A stretch of DNA of 32,000 bases, taken from contig NC_007484.1 in NCBI RefSeq assembly GCF_000012805.1, forward strand, positions 1,560,001-1,592,000, in the 5' to 3' direction. The translations under genes and the position numbers were made by a program. Shown one piece after another: positions 24,933 through 32,000 of this stretch; within the stretch, counting starts at the first letter, position 1; each line of letters begins with the position of its first letter. The notes under the pieces were generated by a model. The model saw only the letters and a program-made list of their open reading frames with translations, was not told the origin of the DNA and made no database searches. Source of the DNA: Nitrosococcus oceani ATCC 19707 (GTDB lineage: Bacteria; Pseudomonadota; Gammaproteobacteria; Nitrosococcales; Nitrosococcaceae).

Positions 24933-27149
24933 ATGTGGCGGATTCAAGGTTGGTGTAGTGGGGGGTGTTTTCTTGGTTTGGCGATTATCTCACAGCCTGT
25001 TTTCCCCCAGCAAGTTGATTTAGAGCAAGCTGGAGCGGACGAATCCCCTACTGCCCGGTTAGAAGAAGTAGTGGTGACGGCAACCCGCAGTGCGGAGTCC
25101 ATCGCGGCGATTCCCGGCGCGGTAAGGGTGATAACCCGTCAACAGATCGAACAGCAGATGAATTTATCCCGAGATCTTGGCGATATGTTGGGTAAATTGA
25201 TTCCTGGTATGGGTGTTTCTAGCCAGACGGGAAGTAATGAAGCACAGACATTACGAGGACGTAAAGTTCTTGTGCTAATTGATGGCGTGCCTCAGAATAC
25301 TACCCGGGATGTATCCCGTAACCTTTCCACCATCCATCCTTCAGCTATTGAACGTATTGAAGTCGTTCCCGGCGCTACGGCTATTTATGGCCAGAGCGCG
25401 GCTGGCGGCGTTATTAATATCCTTACTAAGGTGCCTGGTAAGGGTCCTATGGAATTGACGACCGACACCAATTTTAACTTTTCCTTGAGTCATCCTGGCA
25501 GTAGTTATGGTGGCTTTGTTAATCAAGGGATTTCTGGTCAGAAGGGTGCCTTCGATTATTTACTCAATGGCACTTTTGAGCACGTCGGTGGTTTTTTTGA
25601 CGCCGAGGGTGACCGAATTCCTCCTGATCCCCATGGGCAACAGTCACTAGATGATTCTAATAATTATAATATTTTCGGAAAATTTGGTTTCAATTTCTAT
25701 CAGCAACGCTTGCAATTTGAAATTAATCACTTTAAAGAATCCCAGGATACTGATTTTATCTCAGATCCTGCGGTGAAGGCTTTTCCCCCGGGGACTAAGA
25801 AGGCTCGCGCTTTAAAAGGCTTGGTTTTAGATGATCAGCGGGGGACGGAGAATACGCTGCTTAGTTTAGATTATCACCATGCCGATTTATTTGGAAATCG
25901 CGTTCATGCTCAGTTTTACCACCAGGATTTCTTGACCCGTTTTGGTCCTTTTGGTCCCTTTGCAAGTATTGGCAACCAGATAGGGCAATCTCGGTTAGAG
26001 TCTGAAAGATTTGGCGCGCGCCTGGAAATTGAGACTTTTTTGCCTAAGCTGGCTTTTGTCACACCTACCCTGTTGTGGGGCGCAGATTATTTCGATGAAG
26101 AAACTTCCCAGCCTCTTGCTATCTTCGATCAGGAGACTGTTCAAGAAAGCAATGGGTTGGTTTTTGAAAAAATTGATGAGCAACTCTGGGTGCCTGCTCT
26201 TAAACCCCGTAATTTAGGTCTTTTTGCTCAATTGGAAGCAGATGTTACAGAACGTTTAATCCTGCGAGGGGGCGTGCGTTATCAACGAATTTGGTTCGAG
26301 GTTCCCACTTTTACTGTCCTTGCTGATGGTAGATCAATCCAAGGAGATACCCTAAATTTTGATGAAACCCTCTTTAATGCGGGGGCGGTATTTTATCTCA
26401 CCAATGCGCTCAATGTGTTTGCAAATTTTTCCCAAGGATTCTCCACAGCGGATATTGGTCTATTTTTACGTTTTCCGCCCCAGGAATTCACGACCTTAGA
26501 AGATCAACGCCTGGAAGCCCAAAAGGTGGATAACTATGAAGTTGGCCTGCGGGGGGATTGGCGCACTTTGCAGTTCAGTCTCACCGGTTTTTATAACGAG
26601 TCCGATTTGGGAACCCGTTCTGCGGGGTTTGGTTTGCCGGTAGTTCGGGCGCCAGAGCGCATTTACGGCTTTGATGCCACTGTGGATATCCAACCCATGG
26701 ATCGGCTGCGGTTAGGGGCGGCTGCCAGCTGGGTTGAAGGGGAGAGTAGGCAAGATACTGATGGTGACGGGGTAGGCGATGGCGCTTACCAGGCTCTTAA
26801 CGGCTTCCGGATTCCGCCGGTGAAAATTTTTGGCTATATCGAGTTTGATACGGTGCCAAGATGGCAGTGGCGGAACCGGGTTCAGGTACTATACTCTGGT
26901 GACCGGGAGCGGGCATTTGAAGATTTGGGCCCTATGGCGTTTGGCGGCAGGAAAGTAGAATCTTTTACCACGGTAGATTTGATCAGCACCCTGCAATTGG
27001 GACCAGGCACTTTAAAATTGGGGGTCGAGAATTTATTGAACAACCAATACTTCACACCGGTTTCCCAAATGCTACGAAACCGCAATAATACGAGCTATGC
27101 TGCTGCCCGGGGTGCTGTTTTTAACATTGGTTATTCCGTGGCTTACTAA
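24933..27149 (+). CDS. TonB-dependent outer-membrane receptor (siderophore/iron-complex type)
   Basis: The plug region is EEVVVTATRSAESIAAIPGAVRVITRQQIEQQ...LRGRKVLVLIDGVPQN...IERIEVVPGATAIYGQSAAGGVINILTK. The beta-barrel ends ...GAVFNIGYSVAY. Confidence 0.9.
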   Translation: MWRIQGWCSGGCFLGLAIISQPVFPQQVDLEQAGADESPTARLEEVVVTATRSAESIAAIPGAVRVITRQQIEQQMNLSRDLGDMLGKLIPGMGVSSQTGSNEAQTLRGRKVLVLIDGVPQNTTRDVSRNLSTIHPSAIERIEVVPGATAIYGQSAAGGVINILTKVPGKGPMELTTDTNFNFSLSHPGSSYGGFVNQGISGQKGAFDYLLNGTFEHVGGFFDAEGDRIPPDPHGQQSLDDSNNYNIFGKFGFNFYQQRLQFEINHFKESQDTDFISDPAVKAFPPGTKKARALKGLVLDDQRGTENTLLSLDYHHADLFGNRVHAQFYHQDFLTRFGPFGPFASIGNQIGQSRLESERFGARLEIETFLPKLAFVTPTLLWGADYFDEETSQPLAIFDQETVQESNGLVFEKIDEQLWVPALKPRNLGLFAQLEADVTERLILRGGVRYQRIWFEVPTFTVLADGRSIQGDTLNFDETLFNAGAVFYLTNALNVFANFSQGFSTADIGLFLRFPPQEFTTLEDQRLEAQKVDNYEVGLRGDWRTLQFSLTGFYNESDLGTRSAGFGLPVVRAPERIYGFDATVDIQPMDRLRLGAAASWVEGESRQDTDGDGVGDGAYQALNGFRIPPVKIFGYIEFDTVPRWQWRNRVQVLYSGDRERAFEDLGPMAFGGRKVESFTTVDLISTLQLGPGTLKLGVENLLNNQYFTPVSQMLRNRNNTSYAAARGAVFNIGYSVAY

Positions 27150-27391
27150 TCTAACATGGGTGCCCGATCAGGAAAATAACAGAATCATTTGGCTGCAAGC
27201 AAAACTCTTCTTCTATCTTTTCAGCCGGGAGCAAAATTAACATAGCTTGTGGTCTTGACTTGTTTGACTACTTTGTAGCTCTCTGGCCTTAAATCGACAT
27301 AACTTTGATTTATTAAAATCCCCATGTGAACAGCAATTCCAAGCATGGAATCTGGCTGCTTTTTACCTATTAGCTTACTTACTCGGATTGT

Positions 27392-27660
27392 TCATAGATT
27401 ATGAATAGCCGCCATGAGGAAGCGGACCGCTTCACCTCCTGTCACTGCCCGATGATCGAAGGTCAATGACAAGGGCAGGAGGCGTGTATTTCCAGTTTAC
27501 CCTGGATAGGCACTACCCCGCCCCCTGAGTGCGGCCAGTACCGAGGATGGCGACAGTGGGCGGAACCAGCACGGGATTAGCATAGCGCCCGCCAAAGGGG
27601 CCAAAGTTGGAAAGCGTAAAGGTATAGCCCCGTAATTCTTCCGGCGGGAGCTTGCGTTCA
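27392..27660 (-). pseudogene. Decayed fragment of a 2-oxoacid dehydrogenase E2 (acyltransferase) 3' end, with its own stop codon
   Basis: Nt 27408-27659 align to 29183-29433 inside the intact E2 gene, with about 14 differences by my manual alignment. The fragment reads NERKLPPEELRGYTFTLSNFGPFGGRYANPVLVPPTVAILGTGRT, then an indel region creating TAG, then VVPIQGKLEIH, then a 1-nt deletion, then LLPLSLTFDHRAVTGGEAVRFLMAAIHNL*. Its C-terminus differs from the intact copy (...FLMVAIEDLEKTS*). Confidence 0.8.
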
Positions 27661-28259
27661 TTGCTTTGTTAGGGGTCTCGCTCGGTAGTACTACCCCATG
27701 GGTATAACTGGGGAGATATAGCGTCAACGCTGTAGCGAAGACAATTGCTATGACGGTGCCGGCAATGAATAATGTCCAATCTGTCGGCTTGATAGTGCCA
27801 AACGCGACTATCAAAAATAAAATAGGTAGGTCGAGAAAATGAGTAAATATTGGAATGCCTTGTCCTCGAACGTTCTCCAGCTCTGGCGTGATCCTGCCCT
27901 TCTGCAACGCATCCTTAATGACTCGCCGCAGTCGCATAAAATACAGACGAGTTATTGTGTTACCCTCAATAAACTCAAAGGCGAAAAGTAATATCATTCT
28001 GAGTAACCAGGGAATTTCGACAAACTTCCAACCACCAGAGAATTTAATGGTCATCCACGTTCCTGAAGCCAACAAAAGCAGGGTTCCTGGCACAATGGCA
28101 CCATCGTAGAATACCGCGATATTTCGCGACGGCTTCAGAAAATGCGTTAAGTTCCCGAAGCTGGCGTGACCTTAGATCGGCTACCCATACTCCGATGAGA
28201 CCGGCCCCGATTATAATCGCGCCCAAAATGTGTGCGAATTTAAGTAGGGTGTAGATCAT
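27661..28259 (-). pseudogene. DUF2269-family membrane protein gene, frameshifted and 3'-fused to the E2 fragment
   Basis: The N-terminus MIYTLLKFAHILGAIIIGAGLIGVWVADLRSRQ... (ORF 28044-28259) continues in another frame as ...IAVFYDGAIVPGTLLLLASGTWMTIKF...LDLPILFLIVAFGTIKPTDWTLFIAGTVIAIVFATALTLYLP (ORF 27497-28093). The frame change is near 28100-28130. The second ORF reads on out of frame into the E2 fragment. Confidence 0.6.
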
Positions 28260-28652
28260 TTTCTTTGCTGTGTCCTAATGTATACGCAATCAGCGTACCG
28301 CTTTTGGCGCGCCTCGCTTATTCCTCTCATCCCCGCCGCCTTCGCCACCGGTTGAATGCGCGATAACTTGACCCATCGGCGCGCTGGTGCCATCAAGCCG
28401 GGTATCACGCCAGAAATGGTTGCGTAGTTCCCGGACTCATCAACTGCAGACCAGATGATTCTATCCATCTTATTCTATAGTCATATTGTCCTATCTTTAA
28501 CGCAAACACACTATAATGTGCGGTCCATTGGGGTAGGCGTCGAGCCTGGTTTCCCAATGGAGGTACTATTGCTGGTTCAACGGTGTTGCTTGCGTCAAGG
28601 TAACTAAGAGAAAGGCTGGAGAGGTTAAGCATCAGGCTGCGCAGCGCCCATA

Positions 28653-28868
28653 TTAGGCTTTCCACTTGATTTGAAATTCGATCTCCTCGGCGCCACCCTC
28701 ACGCTCATGCTCAATGTTATAGGTAGCGCCCACCGGCACATAGATTCTCTCACCCGCAATCTGAATCTCGAATTGCTTTCCAGTTTCCAGGCAATCAGCC
28801 AAGCGGCGTAGCTTTGCAATAAAATCTTTGGTGGGGTAGGTCTTTTCTAGGTCTCTATCTGGTTTCAT
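28653..28868 (-). CDS. Amphi-Trp domain-containing small protein (uncharacterised family)
   Basis: 71 aa. ...FIAKLRRLADCLETGKQFEIQIAGERIYVPVGATYNIEHEREGGAEEIEFQIKWKA fits my recollection of the amphi-Trp domain (RRLAD.LE.G...V...EhE.E.....EhEhEhKW). A strong AAGGAG lies 8 nt upstream of the ATG. Confidence 0.65.
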   Translation of the reverse strand: MKPDRDLEKTYPTKDFIAKLRRLADCLETGKQFEIQIAGERIYVPVGATYNIEHEREGGAEEIEFQIKWKA

Positions 28869-29154
28869 GAATCCGGCTCCTTTGTGTATTTGACGCCTAG
28901 CGCCTTACATTGTTTGTTTATTTGAAGCATTTTCATATTGAAAGGTTATAAAAATTTTGACAAGCACATAATTTTACAGTATTTACGCTTCTGCTTAGGA
29001 AGCTAAGAAATTTTTTGCAATATTCCTTATCTAGAGAGGAAATCAACAAAGAGAGTTGTTTCTTGGAGGGAAATAAGGACTTCCCCAGTTTTTTAGCACT
29101 CGGGATGTGCCCCCGCGTAGGCAGCAATTTTTAGCCATGGTGTCTCAATTGTCT

Positions 29155-30279
29155 TTAACTGGTTTTTTCTAAATCCTCAATGGCCACCATGAGAAAGCGG
29201 GCCGCTTCACCTCCTGTCACTGCCCGATGATCGAAGGTCAATGACAAGGGCAGGAGGCGGTGTATTTCCAGTTTACCCTGGATAGGCACTACTGCCTCCC
29301 GGGTGCGGCCAGCACCGAGGATGGCGACAGTGGGGGGGACCACCACGGGATTAGCATAGCGCCCGCCAAAGGGGCCAAAGTTGGAAAGCGTAAAGGTATA
29401 GCCCCGTAATTCTTCCGGCGGGAGCTTGCGTTCCCTGACTCCTTGTTTAATGGCATTAAGCCCTTGGCGGAGATCGTGGGGATCACGGCTGCCCGCATCC
29501 CGCAGAACTGGCACGAAAAGCCCGTCGGAGGTATCCACCGCGATACCGAGATCAATTTTCTTGAGCACCCGCCGCCCAATAGCATGACTGTCATACCAGG
29601 CATTCAGGGCAGGTTCCGCTTGGCAAGCAGTAACGATAGCGCGGATGAGGCGCAGGGTAATGTCTTCTTCCGGGCGCCAAGCCTGTATATCCGCATCGTC
29701 GTTGACGGTGACCGGGACGACTTCCCCATGGGCGCTGGCCATGGTTCGGGCCATGGCCCGGCGAACGCCGCGCAAGGGTTCCAGCGGACCCACCTCGGCC
29801 AATATTTTCGCGACCCGCTGGATGTCCGCGGCCGTAATCATGCTATCAGCACCGGTGGGTGTAACAATGGAGAGGTCTACGTCCAGGCGGTGAGCGAGGG
29901 CGCGCACGGCGGGAGTGGCTTTAATCCCCGCGGGTGCTTGTCCTACCCGGGTGGCGGTTTCCCTGACTATCTCTTTGCCAGCCTCTACCTTACCTACCAC
30001 GGTGCCCGTATCCTCCCGTCTTTCAGGTGGGGGCTGAGCGCCTTTGGTTTCGAATTCCACCAACGGATCGTCCACCTGGATGAAATCGCCAGTTTCTCCA
30101 TACAATTTGCCGATACGGCCTTGATGAGGACTGGGAATGTCCACAATGGCCTTGGCGGTTTCAACCGCCACTAAGGGCTGGTCCACTTGGATTTCATCGC
30201 CGATTTTTACATGCCATTCGACAATTTCGGCCTCGGTTAATCCTTCTCCCAAATCGGGAAGCTTAAAGATACGGTTCAT
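29155..30279 (-). CDS. Dihydrolipoamide acyltransferase, E2 component of a 2-oxoacid (pyruvate/acetoin/branched-chain) dehydrogenase complex
   Basis: A single lipoyl domain (LPDLGEGLTEAEIVEWHVKIGD...VAVETAKAIVDIPSP), an E3/E1-binding domain (IKATPAVRALAHRLDVDL) and a catalytic domain with LSLTFDHRAVTGGEAARFL. Its ATG overlaps the E1beta stop (ATGA). Confidence 0.9.
   Translation of the reverse strand: MNRIFKLPDLGEGLTEAEIVEWHVKIGDEIQVDQPLVAVETAKAIVDIPSPHQGRIGKLYGETGDFIQVDDPLVEFETKGAQPPPERREDTGTVVGKVEAGKEIVRETATRVGQAPAGIKATPAVRALAHRLDVDLSIVTPTGADSMITAADIQRVAKILAEVGPLEPLRGVRRAMARTMASAHGEVVPVTVNDDADIQAWRPEEDITLRLIRAIVTACQAEPALNAWYDSHAIGRRVLKKIDLGIAVDTSDGLFVPVLRDAGSRDPHDLRQGLNAIKQGVRERKLPPEELRGYTFTLSNFGPFGGRYANPVVVPPTVAILGAGRTREAVVPIQGKLEIHRLLPLSLTFDHRAVTGGEAARFLMVAIEDLEKTS
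29183..29433. repeat. Segment of the intact E2 gene that is duplicated (direct repeat) at 27408-27659
   Basis: Manual alignment. The last ~110 nt of the two copies are identical. Homology stops abruptly at 27659/27660 and 29433/29434. Confidence 0.8.
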
Positions 30280-31256
30280 GCGAACTCCAGGGTTTTTTTA
30301 GCTGCTGCCACGATAGTGTCGGTATCGGGTAAGTACTGCTTCTCCAGCCGGAACAGGGGCATGATAGTGTCATAGCCGGTGACCCGCTGGACCGGCGCCA
30401 GCAGATTAAGCAGGCCCTGTTCGGCTAGCTGGGCGGCGATTTCGGCGCCGACACCACAAGCCCGCGCCGCTTCGTGGACAATCACACAGCGGCCGGTTTT
30501 GGTCACCGATTCTAAAATCGTCTCCATATCGAGGGGTTTTAGGGTGGCTACATCAATGACTTCAGCGCTGATCTCCTCCTGGGCCAGCTTTTCAGCGGCG
30601 GCGAGGGTTTCATGTAGCATGGCTCCCCAGGCCACGAGAGTGACATCCGTGCCATCCCGTAGGACAAAACACACATCCAGGGGCAGGGCCTCTCCATCGT
30701 CGGCCACCTCCTGCTTGACCAGCCGGTAAATCCGCTTAGGCTCCAAAAAAACCACCGGATCGGGATCGCGAATAGCGGCCAGAAGCAGGCCGTAGGCGCG
30801 GGCTGGAGAGGAGGGGATGACCACCCGCAGCCCGGGAATATGGGCAAACAGGGCTTCCGTGCTCTCGGAGTGGTGTTCCGGGGCATGGATACCTCCGCCA
30901 TAGGGGGCACGGAGGACCATGGGACAGGTCAAGCGGCCGCGGGTGCGGTTGCGGAGCCGGGAGGCATGGCTGATGAGCTGATCGATGACAGGATAGATAA
31001 ACCCCATGAATTGGATTTCGGCCACGGGTTTGAGCCCCTGGGTTGCAAGACCGATGGACATTCCCGCAATAAGACCTTCAGCCAAGGGCGTATCGAACAC
31101 CCGCTCTTCGCCAAAGCGGGCCTGAAGACCTGCCGTGGCGCGGAATACACCACCATTGATTCCCACATCTTCCCCAAGGACTAGGACGCGTTCATCGGTG
31201 TTCATTTCATGGGCCAAGGACAGGTTGACCGCCTCCACTAAGGTGATTTCAGGCAT
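30276..31256 (-). CDS. 2-oxoacid dehydrogenase E1 component, beta subunit
   Basis: MPEITLVEAVNLSLAHEM...VLVLGEDVGINGGVFRAT.GL...FGEERVFDTPLAEGLIAGMSIG... is the typical transketolase-like pyrimidine-binding and C-terminal domain pattern. The start at ATG 31256 overlaps the E1alpha stop by 8 nt. The ORF-track start is 31331. Confidence 0.9.
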   Translation of the reverse strand: MPEITLVEAVNLSLAHEMNTDERVLVLGEDVGINGGVFRATAGLQARFGEERVFDTPLAEGLIAGMSIGLATQGLKPVAEIQFMGFIYPVIDQLISHASRLRNRTRGRLTCPMVLRAPYGGGIHAPEHHSESTEALFAHIPGLRVVIPSSPARAYGLLLAAIRDPDPVVFLEPKRIYRLVKQEVADDGEALPLDVCFVLRDGTDVTLVAWGAMLHETLAAAEKLAQEEISAEVIDVATLKPLDMETILESVTKTGRCVIVHEAARACGVGAEIAAQLAEQGLLNLLAPVQRVTGYDTIMPLFRLEKQYLPDTDTIVAAAKKTLEFA

Positions 31257-32000
31257 GGGATTTCCCCCTGGCGATAGCTGTCTGACGCTGCTCCCGCGGG
31301 GCAGAGGGTAAGCTCTCGTAGAGATCATCAAACATGCTTTCCGGGGGTTGAGGGGGGGTGTCCAAATATTTTTGGACAGCTTCCTCTACCTGCTGGGTCA
31401 GTTCCGTTTGGAGGCTTTGTTCCTGTTCCTCGTCCCAGGCGCCGGCTTGCGTGAGATAAGTCCGCAGCCGTTGAATGGGATCGAGGCGCCAGCGGGCCTC
31501 CACCTCTGCCTGTTCCCGGTAGCGGCTGGCATCATCGGCGGTGGTGTGATCACAAAGGCGGTAAGTCAGCGCTTCAATGAGGCAGGGTCCCTCGCCACGG
31601 CGGGCTTTTTCGATGGCGTTTTCCATGCGCGTCCGCAAGGCGATGACATCATTGCCATCCACCTGCTCGCCGGGAATACCAGCGGCAATGGCTTTTTGGG
31701 CCAGGGTCTGGGTCCGGGTTTGGGCCGCCAAGGGGACCGAGATGGCCCAACCATTATTGTTAATGACAAATACGACCGGCAGCCGCCAGAGGCCAGCGGC
31801 ATTCATGGCTTCGTAGAAATCTCCTTTCGAGGTAGCCCCATCCCCTAGTACGCATACCGCCACCCGCGGCTCGCGCCGTAGTTTCATGGCATAGGCGACT
31901 CCCACCGCATGGGGCACTTGGCTTGCCACCGGAACGGAAATCGGGAAATCATGGCGGCAGTCCTGGTAGGCCATGCCCCGTTCATCGCCGCCCCAATAAA
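31249..32000 (-). CDS. 2-oxoacid dehydrogenase E1 component, alpha subunit (TPP-binding). The 5' end lies beyond the window.
   Basis: The TPP motif is VCVLGDGATSKGDFYEAMNAAGLWRLPVVFVINNNGWAISVP. The frame stays open to the window edge. Confidence 0.9.
   Translation of the reverse strand, partial: YWGGDERGMAYQDCRHDFPISVPVASQVPHAVGVAYAMKLRREPRVAVCVLGDGATSKGDFYEAMNAAGLWRLPVVFVINNNGWAISVPLAAQTRTQTLAQKAIAAGIPGEQVDGNDVIALRTRMENAIEKARRGEGPCLIEALTYRLCDHTTADDASRYREQAEVEARWRLDPIQRLRTYLTQAGAWDEEQEQSLQTELTQQVEEAVQKYLDTPPQPPESMFDDLYESLPSAPREQRQTAIARGKSHA

Noticed and set aside
28530-28600. tRNA-like or att-site-like string (GGTTCAACGG) that could have marked a tRNA-targeting island.
   Set aside because: No T-stem complementarity flanks the TTCAA loop and no cloverleaf can be drawn. 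It is not a tRNA or a recognisable tRNA fragment.
28405-28665. 86-aa minus-strand ORF overlapping the amphi-Trp gene stop and the 70-aa ORF.
   Set aside because: It overlaps both neighbours in different frames, and the sequence is low-information and rich in Leu and Ser. It is probably spurious.
1-32000. Search by eye for CRISPR arrays, IS/transposase or integrase genes, toxin-antitoxin pairs, rRNA/tRNA genes and known defence-system hallmarks.
   Set aside because: I saw no regularly spaced short direct repeats, and no DDE, tyrosine or serine recombinase motifs in any ORF-track protein. I saw no rRNA or tRNA signatures. The only long repeat is the E2 3'-end duplication reported above.

Overview
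This is a densely coding chromosomal window from a moderate-GC Gram-negative bacterium. It is probably gammaproteobacterial and the gene content is reminiscent of Chromatiales/Nitrosococcus-like genomes, but that is a guess. I found no rRNA, tRNA, CRISPR array, transposase or integrase.

Most genes concern the envelope and metal, iron or NO homeostasis:
- a partial P-type ATPase
- two AI-2E (PerM-like) permeases
- a universal stress protein (UspA family)
- NnrS divergent from bacterioferritin
- CorA
- a czcCBA-type heavy-metal RND efflux operon
- a TonB-dependent receptor with a Fur-box promoter
- the 3' part of an E1alpha-E1beta-E2 2-oxoacid dehydrogenase operon

The items most worth a second look are:
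1. An archaeal-type Pab1020/Rnl3 RNA ligase lies convergent with its function-unknown PIN-like 'MJ_0950 partner', which is divergent from a Nudix hydrolase (7.6-9.9 kb). This is a candidate RNA cut/trim-and-seal or circularisation module in a bacterium.
2. A decayed ~250 nt second copy of the E2 gene 3' end lies 1.78 kb downstream of the intact E2. The two copies bracket a small degraded cassette (amphi-Trp protein, frameshifted DUF2269 gene), which looks like an integration or recombination scar.
3. Two unusual domain fusions are present: P-type ATPase + extra TM + LysM, and AI-2E permease + SRPBCC.
4. An accessory-looking stretch (17.4-22.6 kb) holds uncharacterised exported proteins: a His-rich protein, a tandem 4-Cys domain protein, a triple glycine-zipper repeat membrane protein and two AT-rich lipoproteins.

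All family assignments are from motif recognition by eye, without searches.
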